Positions 31,718 through 42,777 are shown, counted from the first letter of the stretch. The stretch is 64,000 bases of DNA from Spirochaetia bacterium (GCA_963662795.1 OY759746.1:2048001-2112000), one strand, 5' to 3'. Notes: a model not told the origin generated them from the letters alone. Numbers and translations: made by a program.

Positions 31718-32302
31718 ATGAAACTTTTAAAAAATATTCTAATAATCATACTTTCTATAGTAGTTATATTAATTATTGGATTTGCAGTTTTTAAAGGTGT
31801 TTTCTTTCTGTTTAAATATTTAGATTCATTACAAAAAGAAGTTGCTGCATCAATTATTGCTGGATCTACAACAATAATTGTTTCAGTAATATCAATTACA
31901 TTAGCAAAATATAAAGAAAATAAACGTAGCATTGAATTTGAGATACGAGGTAAAAAAATACCAGTTTATGTTGAATTTATTAATTTTATAATGAAAATAC
32001 TAAGTCAAGATAAAATTGGTGGAAAAAAAATGAATGAAGAGAGCATTACGAAATTTTTTATGGAGTTTACAGAAAAATTGTTAATTTGGGGTTCTGATGA
32101 AGTTATTAAAAATTATACTCGATATAAAGCAAAAATGCTCTCTACATCTACTGAAAAAAATGAAAAAGGAGATGTTTCATCTCTTTTTATCTTAGAAGAA
32201 TTATTACTAGCAATTAGAAAAGATACAGGGCATAAAAATAAAAATATGAAGACTGGTGATATTTTGAGATTATTTATTAATGATATTGATGAATATATAT
32301 AA
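31718..32302 (+). CDS. Hypothetical membrane-anchored protein
   Basis: Two N-terminal hydrophobic segments; RBS AGGAG. Confidence 0.7.
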   Translation: MKLLKNILIIILSIVVILIIGFAVFKGVFFLFKYLDSLQKEVAASIIAGSTTIIVSVISITLAKYKENKRSIEFEIRGKKIPVYVEFINFIMKILSQDKIGGKKMNEESITKFFMEFTEKLLIWGSDEVIKNYTRYKAKMLSTSTEKNEKGDVSSLFILEELLLAIRKDTGHKNKNMKTGDILRLFINDIDEYI

Positions 32303-32373
32303 TAAAATATGGATGAATTGTTTTTAAAAAGTAAAATATCGATTTAATAATAGTTTTGTATATAGGGGTAAAA

Positions 32374-32668
32374 GTCCAGCCTTGGCTTCCAGCCGTGCGG
32401 CCTGGACAAGAAGTGGGGGCACTGGTGGATAACAGCGATTATTTCGCTGCGCTCCCTGTGGTCGCTTGGGCTCCTGCCAGTTGAGCTGGCAGATCGCCAT
32501 ATTTTGCTTTCATAAAACCTGAACAACATGTGTTTTATGCTCTTCAAGTTTGTAAAAACTAAATAAATGTATTTTAGAGTTTAGCCACAAAACATCGAAT
32601 AATCGCGGGACGTTATAGGCAATACCTCCGCGAAGAGGCGATCGCCCGGACCTCCGGCCCACGGGCGA
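32374..32668 (+). repeat. Long attC-like composite site, core family III
   Basis: AAC 32431-32433, GTT 32612-32614. Confidence 0.88.
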
Positions 32669-32705
32669 GGATATGTAGGCAAAGAAAAAGTGCAAGGGAA
32701 AACTC

Positions 32706-33149
32706 ATGGACGAATTAATAATTCGAAAACTTGAAGAGAAAGATTTAGAAGAATTATCACTTCTTTATAAACAGTTCTGGAATGAAGAATCGAATATTGA
32801 AAAGATTAAGGTAAAATACCAAGAGATAAAGAATAATCCAAATTATATAATTTTATCAGCAGTTATTAATGGGAAAATTGTTGGTTCAATTTATGGTGTT
32901 ATGTGTGAAGAATTATATGGATCATGCAGCCCTTTTCTTGTTATGGAAGATTTGATTGTTGATAAAAAAGTAAGAAGAAAAGGAATAGGCAAAGCATTAC
33001 TTGAAAAACTTGAAAACATAGGAAAAGCGAAGAGATGCAGCCAGATAATATTTATTACAGAAACAAACAGAGTTGATGCAGTTTCCTTTTATGAAAAAAT
33101 GGGTTTTAACTCAAAAACACATACTGGCTTTAAAAAACAATTGAATTAG
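32706..33149 (+). CDS. GNAT N-acetyltransferase
   Basis: VDKKVRRKGIGKALL and FYEKMGF motifs. Confidence 0.88.
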   Translation: MDELIIRKLEEKDLEELSLLYKQFWNEESNIEKIKVKYQEIKNNPNYIILSAVINGKIVGSIYGVMCEELYGSCSPFLVMEDLIVDKKVRRKGIGKALLEKLENIGKAKRCSQIIFITETNRVDAVSFYEKMGFNSKTHTGFKKQLN

Positions 33150-33214
33150 ATAATGGACAAAGGTAGAAAAAGGTATTATATTGTAAAAGTACGCTAAGGC
33201 GTACGGAGGGGATT

Positions 33215-33457
33215 ATGGGTGCAATAAATATAACAAATGCAAGGAAAGATTTATATAATATAGTCAAAGCAGTGAATGATTCACATGAGCCAGTGATAAT
33301 TACTGGAAAAAACTCATCTGCAGTAATTGTAGGAGAGAGTGACTGGAGGAATATAGAGGAAACACTTTATCTTGTATCAATACCTGGAATGAGACAGTCA
33401 ATTCTTGATGGAATGAAAGAACCAATAGGAAAATTATCCGAAAAATTAGATTGGTAA
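33215..33457 (+). CDS. yefM: YefM antitoxin
   Basis: ARKDLY..HEPVIITG..EETLYL motif. Confidence 0.88.
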   Translation: MGAINITNARKDLYNIVKAVNDSHEPVIITGKNSSAVIVGESDWRNIEETLYLVSIPGMRQSILDGMKEPIGKLSEKLDW

Positions 33458-33459
33458 TT

Positions 33460-33720
33460 ATGTACAAAGTCTTATTTACCAAGCAAGCACAGAAAGATGC
33501 AAAAAAGCTCTCATCATCGAATTTAAAAAAACAGGCACAAGAGATACTTGAGATATTAAAAGAAAACCCTTTTAAAGAATACCCACCCTATGAAAGATTG
33601 ATTGGGGATTTAACAGGAGCTTTTTCAAGACGAATAAATATCCAGCATAGAATAGTGTATCAGGTGTATGAGGAAGAAAAAATAGTAAAAGTAATCAGGA
33701 TGTGGACACACTACGAGTAA
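33460..33720 (+). CDS. yoeB: Txe/YoeB toxin
   Basis: YERLIGDLTGAFSRRINIQHRIVY..MWTHYE. Confidence 0.9.
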   Translation: MYKVLFTKQAQKDAKKLSSSNLKKQAQEILEILKENPFKEYPPYERLIGDLTGAFSRRINIQHRIVYQVYEEEKIVKVIRMWTHYE

Positions 33721-33739
33721 TTAATAAGAAAAGAAGACG

Positions 33740-34030
33740 CCCAGCCCTTGGCGGTGCCGTGCGGGCTGGAAGACGCGGAGGTACATGCCTATAACAGCGA
33801 TTATTTCGCTGCGCTCCCTGTGGTCGCTTGGGCTCCTGCCAGTTGAGCTGGCAGATCGCCATATTTTGTTTTCATAAAACCGGAACAACATGTGTTTTAT
33901 GCTCTTCAAGTTTGTAAAAACCAAATAAAAGTATTTTAGAGTTTAGTCATAAAACATCGAATAATCGCGAGACGTTATATGCAATACCTCCGCGAAGAGG
34001 AAACCGCCCGGACCTCCGGCCAACGGGCGA
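33740..34030 (+). repeat. Long attC-like composite site, core family III
   Basis: AAC 33793-33795, GTT 33974-33976. Confidence 0.88.
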
Positions 34031-34075
34031 AGATGCTTTTTAAAAAATTACTAAAAGACAAAAGAAGGAGATATT

Positions 34076-35740
34076 ATGAAAAATTTAGCTTCTTTTTCGA
34101 TGATTCACCAAAGAGTTTTAGCAATAAAAGAACAACAAGAATTGGAAAACATCGGACAAGCCTTTGATAGATTAGCGATGAGGGTAATTCTTAGGATTAA
34201 TGATGATGATATTGAGGAATCAATAACAGACGGCTCGAATGATTGTGGTATTGATGGAGTTTTTATTGAAGAAAAAACAATACACATTTTTAATTGTAAA
34301 TATGCATATGATATAGAACAAACTGTAAAAAATTTCCCGGGAGTAGAAATTGATAAAATTATTTCAACTATGAATCTGATATTATCTTCTAATCTATCAA
34401 GAGATTCAGTAAATGATGCCTTATGGGATAAGTATATAGAAATTAAAGAAATGTTTTTATGTGGAAGTGCAAATAAAATAGTTATTCATCTTGTATCAAA
34501 TAAAGAAAAACCGATCCATCATGATAAACAGAAATTAGAAACTGCATTATCGAGATATAAAATAATCGAGTATAAATACTATGACCTAGAAACAATGGTT
34601 ACTATCCTTCTTTCTTCTAAAGAAGAGAAAATCGATTCATCACTATTATTATTGGATGATCAACATTTTGATAAGTCCGATGGTGTTTTAAAAACAGTCA
34701 TTGGTGTTGTTACTGCTGAAGATTATTTAAAAATGCTTTTAGATAATAATGATAAAAATAAATTGATGGAAGGAGCATTTAATGACAATGTTAGACTTTA
34801 TAGACCAAAACATTCGGTGAATAAAGCAATAATAAAATCAGCCCTTTCTGATTTAAATTATCAGTTTTTCTATTTAAATAATGGAGTTACAATATTGTGC
34901 GAAGAATGTAATTATGTTCCACACGTTCGTAATCAGACGATAAGTATTAAAAATATGCAAATAATAAATGGAGGGCAAACAACACATTCATTATTTGAAG
35001 CTTATAAAAAAAACCCTGAGAAAGTTCGTAGCATAGATATTCTTGTGAGAATCTGTATAGCTAAAAAAGATTCAGATTTAACAGATATGATAAGTGAAAG
35101 CACAAATAATCAGATCCCGATAGCCTCACGTGATTTAAAAGCAAATGATATTATACAAAAAATGTTACAAGATGAATTTGAAGCAATTGGATATTTTTAT
35201 GAAAGGAAAAGTAACCAATATACAGAAGTCGATTATAAAAGAGTTTTAAATAATGAACTTTTAGCACAATTATATCTTGCATATGAATTAAACCAACCAG
35301 CAGAAGCTAAAAATAATAAAAATCAAATATTTAGTAGTTTGTACGAAAGTATTTTTGATGAAGAAAAAATATCTGCTAAAAAATTATTAAGTATATATAA
35401 TGTTTATCTACCATTAGCAAAAATAAAACAAGAAATACAAAAAAAGAAAAGGAAAAAAGAATTAGAAAATGAAAAAGATGCTTTTCACTCTAGAGCTATA
35501 TTCCATATTCTATATGGTGTGAAAATAATATTAAAAAATGAAGAAAAGGATATAAATAATAAAAATGATACTGAATATGCAATAAGTAAAAGCATTGATT
35601 ATATTAGAGAGATTGTAGAAAGTGAAATGGACAAAAGAAAAGAATTATATACACATGATAAACTTTTTAAAGAAATTGCTACGAATAGAATTGTTGCAGA
35701 GCATTTTGCAAGTAAATATCCAGGAAGAAGTTGTTTTTAG
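34076..35740 (+). CDS. AIPR-family protein
   Basis: DGSNDCGIDG, NVRLY, FFYLNNGVTI, QIINGGQTT and TNNQ motifs. Confidence 0.88.
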   Translation: MKNLASFSMIHQRVLAIKEQQELENIGQAFDRLAMRVILRINDDDIEESITDGSNDCGIDGVFIEEKTIHIFNCKYAYDIEQTVKNFPGVEIDKIISTMNLILSSNLSRDSVNDALWDKYIEIKEMFLCGSANKIVIHLVSNKEKPIHHDKQKLETALSRYKIIEYKYYDLETMVTILLSSKEEKIDSSLLLLDDQHFDKSDGVLKTVIGVVTAEDYLKMLLDNNDKNKLMEGAFNDNVRLYRPKHSVNKAIIKSALSDLNYQFFYLNNGVTILCEECNYVPHVRNQTISIKNMQIINGGQTTHSLFEAYKKNPEKVRSIDILVRICIAKKDSDLTDMISESTNNQIPIASRDLKANDIIQKMLQDEFEAIGYFYERKSNQYTEVDYKRVLNNELLAQLYLAYELNQPAEAKNNKNQIFSSLYESIFDEEKISAKKLLSIYNVYLPLAKIKQEIQKKKRKKELENEKDAFHSRAIFHILYGVKIILKNEEKDINNKNDTEYAISKSIDYIREIVESEMDKRKELYTHDKLFKEIATNRIVAEHFASKYPGRSCF

Positions 35741-35744
35741 AAAA

Positions 35745-36015
35745 GTCCAGCCTTGGCGTTGCCGTGCGGCTTGGACAAGACGCGGAGGTACTGCATATAA
35801 CATAGGATAAAGCGCTTCGCTCGGAGTACCTCGCTTGGCCTACGGCACACATCGTAGGTTTGATCTGCAACTTTTAAAAACAATAAGTTTTGGATAAAAA
35901 ATATTGTAACTTTGAAATACTAATTCTTTGCCTACGATGCGTCGCTTATCCTCGGGACGTTATAGGCAATACCTCCGCGAAGAGGAGATCGCCCGGACCT
36001 CCGGCCCACGGGCGA
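35745..36015 (+). repeat. Long attC-like composite site, core family II
   Basis: AAC 35799-35801, GTT 35959-35961. Confidence 0.88.
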
Positions 36016-36381
36016 GAGAGTTTGAAAAATTGGATTTGTTTTGAAACAAAACATATTAAGGCAAATAATAAATGGATAAAAATATAGAGATTGAAGCGGA
36101 TAGAAGTATTCAAATAAGTAAAAAAGCCATATTTAAAGCAGAGAATAATTTTAAGATTAAAATACATGATAATGTTGTAGTTGAAGATTTTGTAGAAATA
36201 ATCGCAGATAAATCAGATTGTGAAATAAAAGATTCATTTATTGGAGAAGGATGTAGAGTAAGAAATAGTGTTGTCGAAAAAGTAATGGCTTTACCTGGAA
36301 GCCAGATACTTGAAACAACCATTAAGGTAGATGAAAAGAACAGGCAAACTGGGCTGTACTGACAATAGTGGACACGAATAT

Positions 36382-37245
36382 TTAAGCTGTCCTCTTTTGA
36401 TTTGAAAACCATAGCTCCGCATATCGTGCGGGGGCAATGTTTCCGAGTCCCGAATGCCTACGAATCCGGTTATAAAATACTTCGATATATTCTTGGATTG
36501 CCGCCTTCGCTTCTGCTCTTGTGGCAAATCTTCGATGATAAACAAGTTCCCTCTTGAGGAATCCCCAGAAGCTTTCAGTCGGAGCGTTATCATAACAGTT
36601 ACCTCGGCGTGACATCGATGCCCTCATTCCGGCTGATTGTACCGCCTTTTGATATGACAACGCACAATATTGACTTCCACGATCTGAATGATGAATACAC
36701 CCCGGTTTCGGTTTCCGATAATACAGAGCCTTTCTAAAGGCTTCGTGCACCAGCTCCTTGGTCATCCGATCTCCCATTGCATGTCCGATGATTTCACGTG
36801 ATCCGAAATCTTTGACACCTGCGAGGTAGAGCCATCCCTCACCGGTAGAAATATAGGTAATGTCGGTTCCATACACGACTCCTGGTTCCATTACGCTGAA
36901 GTCCTGCTCCAAAAGATTTGGCGCGACCGGAAGATTATGGTTAGAATTGGTGGTTGCGATAAACTTCTTATTCTGTATGCATTTGATCCCCATTTCCTTG
37001 CGAAGTCGGGCAATTTTATCACGCCCTATAATTACACCATTGTCTGCCAGTTCACTCTGTATACGACGAGGACCATAGGTCTTGCGACTGAACTCATGCA
37101 CAGCCCTGACAAGAGGTTTTATTTTTTCATCATTATTTTTCCGAGCTGACGGAGACCGACGCAGCCAGGCATAGAAACCACTTCTGGATACCGTGAGAAC
37201 TCGTGCCATCAGTTTTACTGGATAATTTGACCGCTCTTTTTTCAT
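36382..37245 (-). CDS. IS3-family transposase OrfB (DDE)
   Basis: TDITYI, HHSDRGSQY and GNCYDNAPTESFW motifs. Confidence 0.92.
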   Translation of the reverse strand: MKKERSNYPVKLMARVLTVSRSGFYAWLRRSPSARKNNDEKIKPLVRAVHEFSRKTYGPRRIQSELADNGVIIGRDKIARLRKEMGIKCIQNKKFIATTNSNHNLPVAPNLLEQDFSVMEPGVVYGTDITYISTGEGWLYLAGVKDFGSREIIGHAMGDRMTKELVHEAFRKALYYRKPKPGCIHHSDRGSQYCALSYQKAVQSAGMRASMSRRGNCYDNAPTESFWGFLKRELVYHRRFATRAEAKAAIQEYIEVFYNRIRRHSGLGNIAPARYAELWFSNQKRTA

Positions 37246-37550
37246 GAACGCGTACCGGGCAGCGATTCCTTGGCAAAGTACGCGGTGGCTTTTTTTAAGA
37301 TTTCCCGCTCCATACGGGCTTCTGCCAATTCCTTTCTTAATCGATTATTTTCAGCAATTAGCTCAGCGTTGGATCGCTCACCGGGTAATGCTGGTATCTT
37401 TCCTAACTTTGCAATTGCCAGCCAGTTCCCGATAGTACCCTTTGGGATCATTAATTGCCTGGCGGCTTCCTCACGCGAGAGCCCTTGTTCGATAACCATT
37501 TTTACGGCCTCGGCTTTCAGTTCTTCACTGTAAGACCTGTTCTCTTTCAT
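37242..37550 (-). CDS. IS3-family transposase OrfA
   Basis: YSEELKAEAV HTH and EREILKKATAYF. Confidence 0.9.
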   Translation of the reverse strand: MKENRSYSEELKAEAVKMVIEQGLSREEAARQLMIPKGTIGNWLAIAKLGKIPALPGERSNAELIAENNRLRKELAEARMEREILKKATAYFAKESLPGTRS

Positions 37551-38157
37551 CGCTACCTTTCCTCTGGTTAGCTTAACATACCGTGTCCATCAAAGTCAGT
37601 ATAGTTCAAACTGGTTACAAGTATTTAATAGTGTTAAAGCCTGGATTAAATTATGATGAGAATAATTTTGCTTTTACAAGAGGAGCTGTAATTAAGAGAA
37701 TAAATGAGTTAAATCTAAATATGCCAATAGAAATACCAGTGGACATTGCCTTATTGAAAAGGAAGAATATTTTAAAATAAAAGAGAAAAACAAAAGAGAA
37801 ATAAAAATTTATAAAGAAGTAGAAGGAAAATATTTTATAATCAATTCCCAGTACTCTCATTCAGAAGCTTATGAGCAGTTTTATAATCCTGAGTATTTTA
37901 ACAAATACGAATACCTTGAAGATATAAATATACATGAATTAAAAGTTGCTGAAAATGAAATAATAATTGATCTAAAACAAATAAGAAAAGAAGAAGGAAG
38001 AAAGGATGTCGATGTTCAAAGAAAAATAAATGATATATTTTCTAAGTGTGTGAATTATAGAAAAATGATTTTTGTGATTGAAGAAAAAAAGATTCTAGTA
38101 GTTGAGTCGTAAACAATATAAGCAGAAGTATAAGAAAAGAAGCCTTGAAAAAGAAAG

Positions 38158-38420
38158 CCAGCCCTTGGCGGTGCCGTGCGGGCTGGAAGACGCGGAGGTA
38201 CATGCCTATAACAGAGGATAATTCGCTACGCTCGGAGTACCTCGCTTGGCCTGCGGCATATTTTACTATCATTTAAACCAGTCAATTTGAATATTATTTT
38301 TTTTAAGTATAGAAAACAGACAAAAAAAATATATAAAGTTTGTGCCGTAAAACATCGCTTATCCTCGGGACGTTATCTGCAAAATCGCCCAAAGAGAATG
38401 AGCGTGCCGTCTTGGCACGC
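38158..38420 (+). repeat. Long attC-like composite site, core family II
   Basis: AAC 38210-38212, GTT 38372-38374. Confidence 0.85.
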
Positions 38421-38586
38421 AAGATAATAATGATATATATTAATTTAACTTATTGGAGGATAATGTGGAAAAAATAAAGATTAAACAAGGGAAAGGGCCT
38501 GATTTTATTAAGTACTTTATTCCTATCCTTGAGGTTTTAAAATCACTTGGAGGTTCTGGAACACCTTCAGAAGTAATAGATTTAAT

Positions 38587-39861
38587 CATAGGTGTCCAAA
38601 ACAAGGACTATTAATTGCCTGAAATCCCAACTATAATGAATTAAGCTTGGACGGCTAATTCTTTACAGGAAAAGGAAATCAGGCAATGAGTTACAATAAT
38701 ACCATTTTAAAACAAATTCTACAAATAATTCCGAGACATGAATTTGAAAAATCTGTAAAAAAACATAAAGGGGACTTTGCTTCCAAAGGTTTTACCTGTT
38801 GGCAGCATTTTGTCTCCATGCTCTTTGCACAACTTTCAGGACAGACCGGGTTAAGAGGCATTGAAAACTCTTTTGAATCAATCAGTAACCACCTTTATCA
38901 TATGGGTGTAAAAAAGGTAAAACGCTCTACATTATCTTACGCAAATAATAATAGAAGCTGTGAAGTTTATGAAAATGTTTTCACTGATCTTCTTGATAAG
39001 ATATTATCCATGAAGAGAGCGCATAAACATAAATTTAAAAATCCTCTTTACAGTGTTGATGCATCAACTATTGACTTGTGTTTAAATCTCTTTCCATGGG
39101 CAAATTTCAGAAAATATAAAGGCGGAATAAAACTTAATGTAAAACTTGACCATAGTGGATATATTCCAGCTTTTGTATCAGTTACAACTGCAAAAACACA
39201 TGAAGTCAATTCCTTGAAAAAAATGGCTTTCAACAAAGGCGATGTCATCACGTTTGATCGTGGTTATACTGACTTTAAATTATTCGCAAATTATTGTAAT
39301 ACCGGTATTTATTTTGTTACCAGGTTAAAAAAGAATGCTGATTATAAAATTGTCCAGAGAAAAGATACCTCCTCCTTTAAAAATATTACATCTGATCAGA
39401 TCATAGAAATGAAAGGATTTTACACCAGTAAAAAATGCCCGTTAAAATTAAGACGAATCAGAAGCAGAGATCCTGAAACCGGTAAATATATTGTAATTCT
39501 TACCAATAATTTCCTTTGGTCTCCAACAACAATTGCTGCTGTTTACAAAGACAGATGGCAGATTGAAATATTTTTTAAAACTATCAAACAGAACCTCAAG
39601 ATCAAGAAATTCTTTGGTACTTCCAGAAATGCTGTAATGACACAAATCTGGATTGCCCTAATTGCTTTTCTGTTACTTCAGTTCCTTAAAATGTTTTCAT
39701 GTAGAAAATGGACTCATTTTTCACTGATGAAATTGATTCCTGTAATACTGACATCAAGAAAAGATATCTGGACTGTTCTCAATAAACCGCCATCAGAACA
39801 GACTAGAAAAAGTAGTTTCAATCTTCAACTGGAGCTGTTATGATTGTTTTGGACACCTATG
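38587..39861 (+). mobile_element. IS4-family insertion sequence, copy 4
   Basis: Same IRs; target duplication AGATTTAAT; a few SNPs near the 3' end. Confidence 0.93.
38686..39843 (+). CDS. IS4-family DDE transposase
   Basis: Differs from the other copies only at TRKSS versus TKKTS. Confidence 0.93.
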   Translation: MSYNNTILKQILQIIPRHEFEKSVKKHKGDFASKGFTCWQHFVSMLFAQLSGQTGLRGIENSFESISNHLYHMGVKKVKRSTLSYANNNRSCEVYENVFTDLLDKILSMKRAHKHKFKNPLYSVDASTIDLCLNLFPWANFRKYKGGIKLNVKLDHSGYIPAFVSVTTAKTHEVNSLKKMAFNKGDVITFDRGYTDFKLFANYCNTGIYFVTRLKKNADYKIVQRKDTSSFKNITSDQIIEMKGFYTSKKCPLKLRRIRSRDPETGKYIVILTNNFLWSPTTIAAVYKDRWQIEIFFKTIKQNLKIKKFFGTSRNAVMTQIWIALIAFLLLQFLKMFSCRKWTHFSLMKLIPVILTSRKDIWTVLNKPPSEQTRKSSFNLQLELL

Positions 39862-40665
39862 AGATTTAATAATAGATAAATATTCAATATCAGAAAAAGA
39901 ATTGGAGAAGAAGAATAAAAATGGCGGATTAACTGTTAAGAATAGAATTGCTTGGGCTAGATTTTATCTTGTAAAAGGCGGTGTCCTAGATTCGTCAAAA
40001 AAAGGAATATGGTTAATAAAAGATAATAGCTTTGAATTAAAGAATGAAGAAGAAGCACATACTTTTTTTAAAAAAGTACATGAAAAATACGAGAAAAAAA
40101 CTATTAGTGATAAACAAATAAAACTTGATATTGATGAAGAAATTGAAGAAAAAGTAAGTGATGAAGATTATAAAGAAGAAATGTTAAAGATATTAAAGAA
40201 TTTAACACCTTCAGGTTTTGAAAATATATGTAAAAGATTACTACGTGAATCAGGATTTACACAGGTAGTTGTTACCGGTCAATCAGGGGATGGTGGAATA
40301 GATGGTTATGGAGTGTTAGAAATAAATCCTTTAATGAGCTTTAAAGTATTATTTCAATCCAAACGCTATAAAGATGTAGTAAGCACAGATAAGGTAAGAG
40401 ATTTTAGAGGATCAATGGCTGGAAGAGCAGATAAAGGAATAATAATAACAACTGGCCGATTTACTCAAGATGCTAAAAATGAAGCAGTTCGAGATGGAGT
40501 TCCTCCAATAGAATTGGTAGATGGAGAAAAACTTGTAAACATGTTCGAAAAATTAGAGTTGGGAATAACTTCAAGAACTGTTTATGATATAGATTATACT
40601 TTTTTTGATGAATATAAATAGTGTGATTAATAATTTTAAAAATTATTGAGTTTAATAAATAAGAA

Positions 40666-40979
40666 AATTGCCTTCGCCATCCATGGCTTAGGCAATTAAG
40701 AATGGGCGATTCAGCAGATAACAGCGATTATTTCGCTGCGCTCCCTATGGTCGCTTGGGCTCCTGCCAGTTGAGCTGGCAGATCGCCATATTTTGTTTTC
40801 ATAAAACCGGAACAACATGTGTTTTATACTCTTCAAGTTTGTAAAAACCAAATAAAAGTATTTTAGAGGTTAGTCACAAAACATCGAATAATCGCGAGAC
40901 GTTATACGAAAAACCGCGCCAAGAGACTATAATTTCGCCCCGGGGAAACGGGGGAAAAGCCCGGCGTCCTGCCGGGCTT
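40666..40979 (+). repeat. Long attC-like composite site, core family III
   Basis: AAC 40720-40722, GTT 40901-40903; extended right part. Confidence 0.85.
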
Positions 40980-41065
40980 AAGAAATTGCGAAAAATATTA
41001 TTAAAAAGACTGGAAAAATAATAACTTGTCAGATGTGAAAATAATTGTGAAAATAATAAGAAAAA

Positions 41066-41094
41066 TTGACTTTAATTCATATGTGTATTATAAT
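41066..41094 (+). promoter_or_regulatory. Putative sigma70 promoter of vapBC with palindromic operator
   Basis: TTGACT-17 nt-TATAAT; palindrome ATATGTGTATTATAATACACATAT centred on the -10. Confidence 0.65.
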
Positions 41095-41113
41095 ACACAT
41101 ATAGAGGTGTATT

Positions 41114-41317
41114 ATGAGAACAAATGTTGTATTGGATGACAATTTAATAGAAGAAGCTTTTAAATATGCTGACAGCATTCGGACAAAGAAAGACTTAATA
41201 GAAGTAGCGCTTAAAGAATTCGTAAAGAATAGAAAAATGAAGAATTTGCGCGATTTAAAAGGTAAAATTAAATTTGCAGATGGATATGATTATAAGAAAA
41301 TGAGAGCAGGCGAATGA
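41114..41317 (+). CDS. vapB: VapB antitoxin (RHH type)
   Basis: MRTNVVLDDNLIEEA motif; overlaps toxin. Confidence 0.85.
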   Translation: MRTNVVLDDNLIEEAFKYADSIRTKKDLIEVALKEFVKNRKMKNLRDLKGKIKFADGYDYKKMRAGE

Positions 41318-41724
41318 TTTTAGTAGATACATCAGTCTTGATTGATTATTTAAAAGGAATTGATAATAAATCAGCAAAAGCATTAGATGAAATACTTGAA
41401 AATGGAATGCCTTATGGAATTAATGATTTTATTTACCAGGAAATATTACAGGGTTCAAGAACAGTAGAAGAATTTCAGAAGCTAAAGGAATACCTTGAAA
41501 CAATAACCTTTTATTCGCTCAATTATGGAAAAGAATCATTTGAAAAAGCAGCATATTTAAATTTTATATGCAAAAGAGCTGGAGTAACAATAAGAAGTAC
41601 AATAGATTTATTGATAGCTGAAACAGCAATCGAAAATGACTTATTTCTTCTGCATAATGATAAAGATTTTAATAACATGAGTAAGATAATTCCAGAACTT
41701 AAAATATATGAATCAAGAAAATGA
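41314..41724 (+). CDS. vapC: PIN-domain toxin VapC
   Basis: LVDTSVLIDY, STIDLLIA and LLHNDKDF motifs. Confidence 0.9.
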   Translation: MILVDTSVLIDYLKGIDNKSAKALDEILENGMPYGINDFIYQEILQGSRTVEEFQKLKEYLETITFYSLNYGKESFEKAAYLNFICKRAGVTIRSTIDLLIAETAIENDLFLLHNDKDFNNMSKIIPELKIYESRK

Positions 41725-41808
41725 ATATTGAATTCATGCATTTTATAAAACCAAAAATATTAAAAAACCTAATTGTAAAAAAGAAAAAAGGAATAGAAAA
41801 GAATTTAC

Positions 41809-42076
41809 CGCTTTCGCACGTCCTGTGCTCAAGCGAAGAGGGGCGAAATTAGGAGAAGAAGGCGCGGTTCATCGTATAACAGCGAATGACCGGTTCCGGC
41901 TGTTTCTAAGGAAACAGCCTCCACCCAAATTGCCGAAATAATACATGTTAAGAATAATGGAATAGAGTATAAACTTTTGGAGTGAAAAACACCATCGGCA
42001 ACTTCGGTCATTCGCGGGACGTTATCCACAATATCATCGCAAGAGAACACCGCCCGGACCTCCGGCCAACGGGCGA
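41809..42076 (+). repeat. Long attC-like composite site, core family IV
   Basis: AAC 41878-41880, GTT 42021-42023. Confidence 0.85.
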
Positions 42077-42077
42077 A

Positions 42078-42150
42078 GAAAATAGAATCTGCTGTTTAAT
42101 ATACTTTATACAGAACATATATAGTTTTCTAGTTATTTAATAGGTTAGGC
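42078..42150 (+). other. Conserved internal leader ending in attI-like crossover (carrier cassette 3)
   Basis: TAGTTATTTAATAG-GTTAGGC, GTT at 42144. Confidence 0.7.
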
Positions 42151-42189
42151 GGACGCCTACACTGAGGCGCTTTTTAGTAGGAGTATAAA

Positions 42190-42777
42190 ATGAAAAAAAT
42201 ATTATTTGTTCTGTTTTTTGGATTTTTTACAAGCTTAATATTTGCTGCTCCATTTGGTTTAAAAATGGGTATGACAATAGAAGAAATTGAAAAAGAATAT
42301 GAAGAAGAACCAACATTCATAGAAAATGATATTTATTTGACAAAACCTATAAAAAGTCATCCTCTTTTTAAGTTTTATGCTGTATATGTAAATGAAAAAA
42401 CTGGTTTGTATCAAATCAGGGCTATTTCTTCAACTATTACGACAAATAAATATGGAGCAGAACTTCAAAGTGCTTTTAATACTGTAAAAGATAGAATCGC
42501 AAAAACTTATGGTAAGCCTGAAATTGTAAACAAAGTAGACCCGAACATATCAGAGTTTAATAAAAAGGATGAATTTTGGTTTATGACTTTAAAAGAAGGT
42601 TCCAGAATTCTTTCTGCTGTTTGGGATGAAAAAATAATATTAATCGATGATTTAGATACAGTAGCATTAGATTGTGTAGCTGATAACGGATATTTAGACG
42701 GAACAGCACATTTAACTCTGTATTACTATTTTAAAAATACAGGTAGTGTTGAAGATGAACAAGATGCAGTTTTTTAA
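42190..42777 (+). CDS. Hypothetical secreted protein (nested cargo)
   Basis: Signal-peptide-like MKKILFVLFFGFFTSLIFA. Confidence 0.7.
   Translation: MKKILFVLFFGFFTSLIFAAPFGLKMGMTIEEIEKEYEEEPTFIENDIYLTKPIKSHPLFKFYAVYVNEKTGLYQIRAISSTITTNKYGAELQSAFNTVKDRIAKTYGKPEIVNKVDPNISEFNKKDEFWFMTLKEGSRILSAVWDEKIILIDDLDTVALDCVADNGYLDGTAHLTLYYYFKNTGSVEDEQDAVF

Larger units (their letters stand above)
36350..37608 (-). mobile_element. IS3-family insertion sequence
   Basis: TG...CA ends with about 27-bp imperfect IRs; 3-bp target duplication AAC. Confidence 0.9.
36072..38112 (+). pseudogene. Hypothetical gene interrupted by IS3, probably also frameshifted near 37750
   Basis: Frame rejoins (QTGYKYLIV) once the IS is removed; an open frame continues to 38112. 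Confidence 0.55.
38465..40621 (+). pseudogene. mrr: Mrr-family restriction endonuclease interrupted by IS4 copy 4
   Basis: GTG 38465 after GGAGGA; PILEVLKSLGGSG N-terminus rejoins ORF 39902-40621 with DGGIDG and FQSKRY motifs. Confidence 0.85.
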
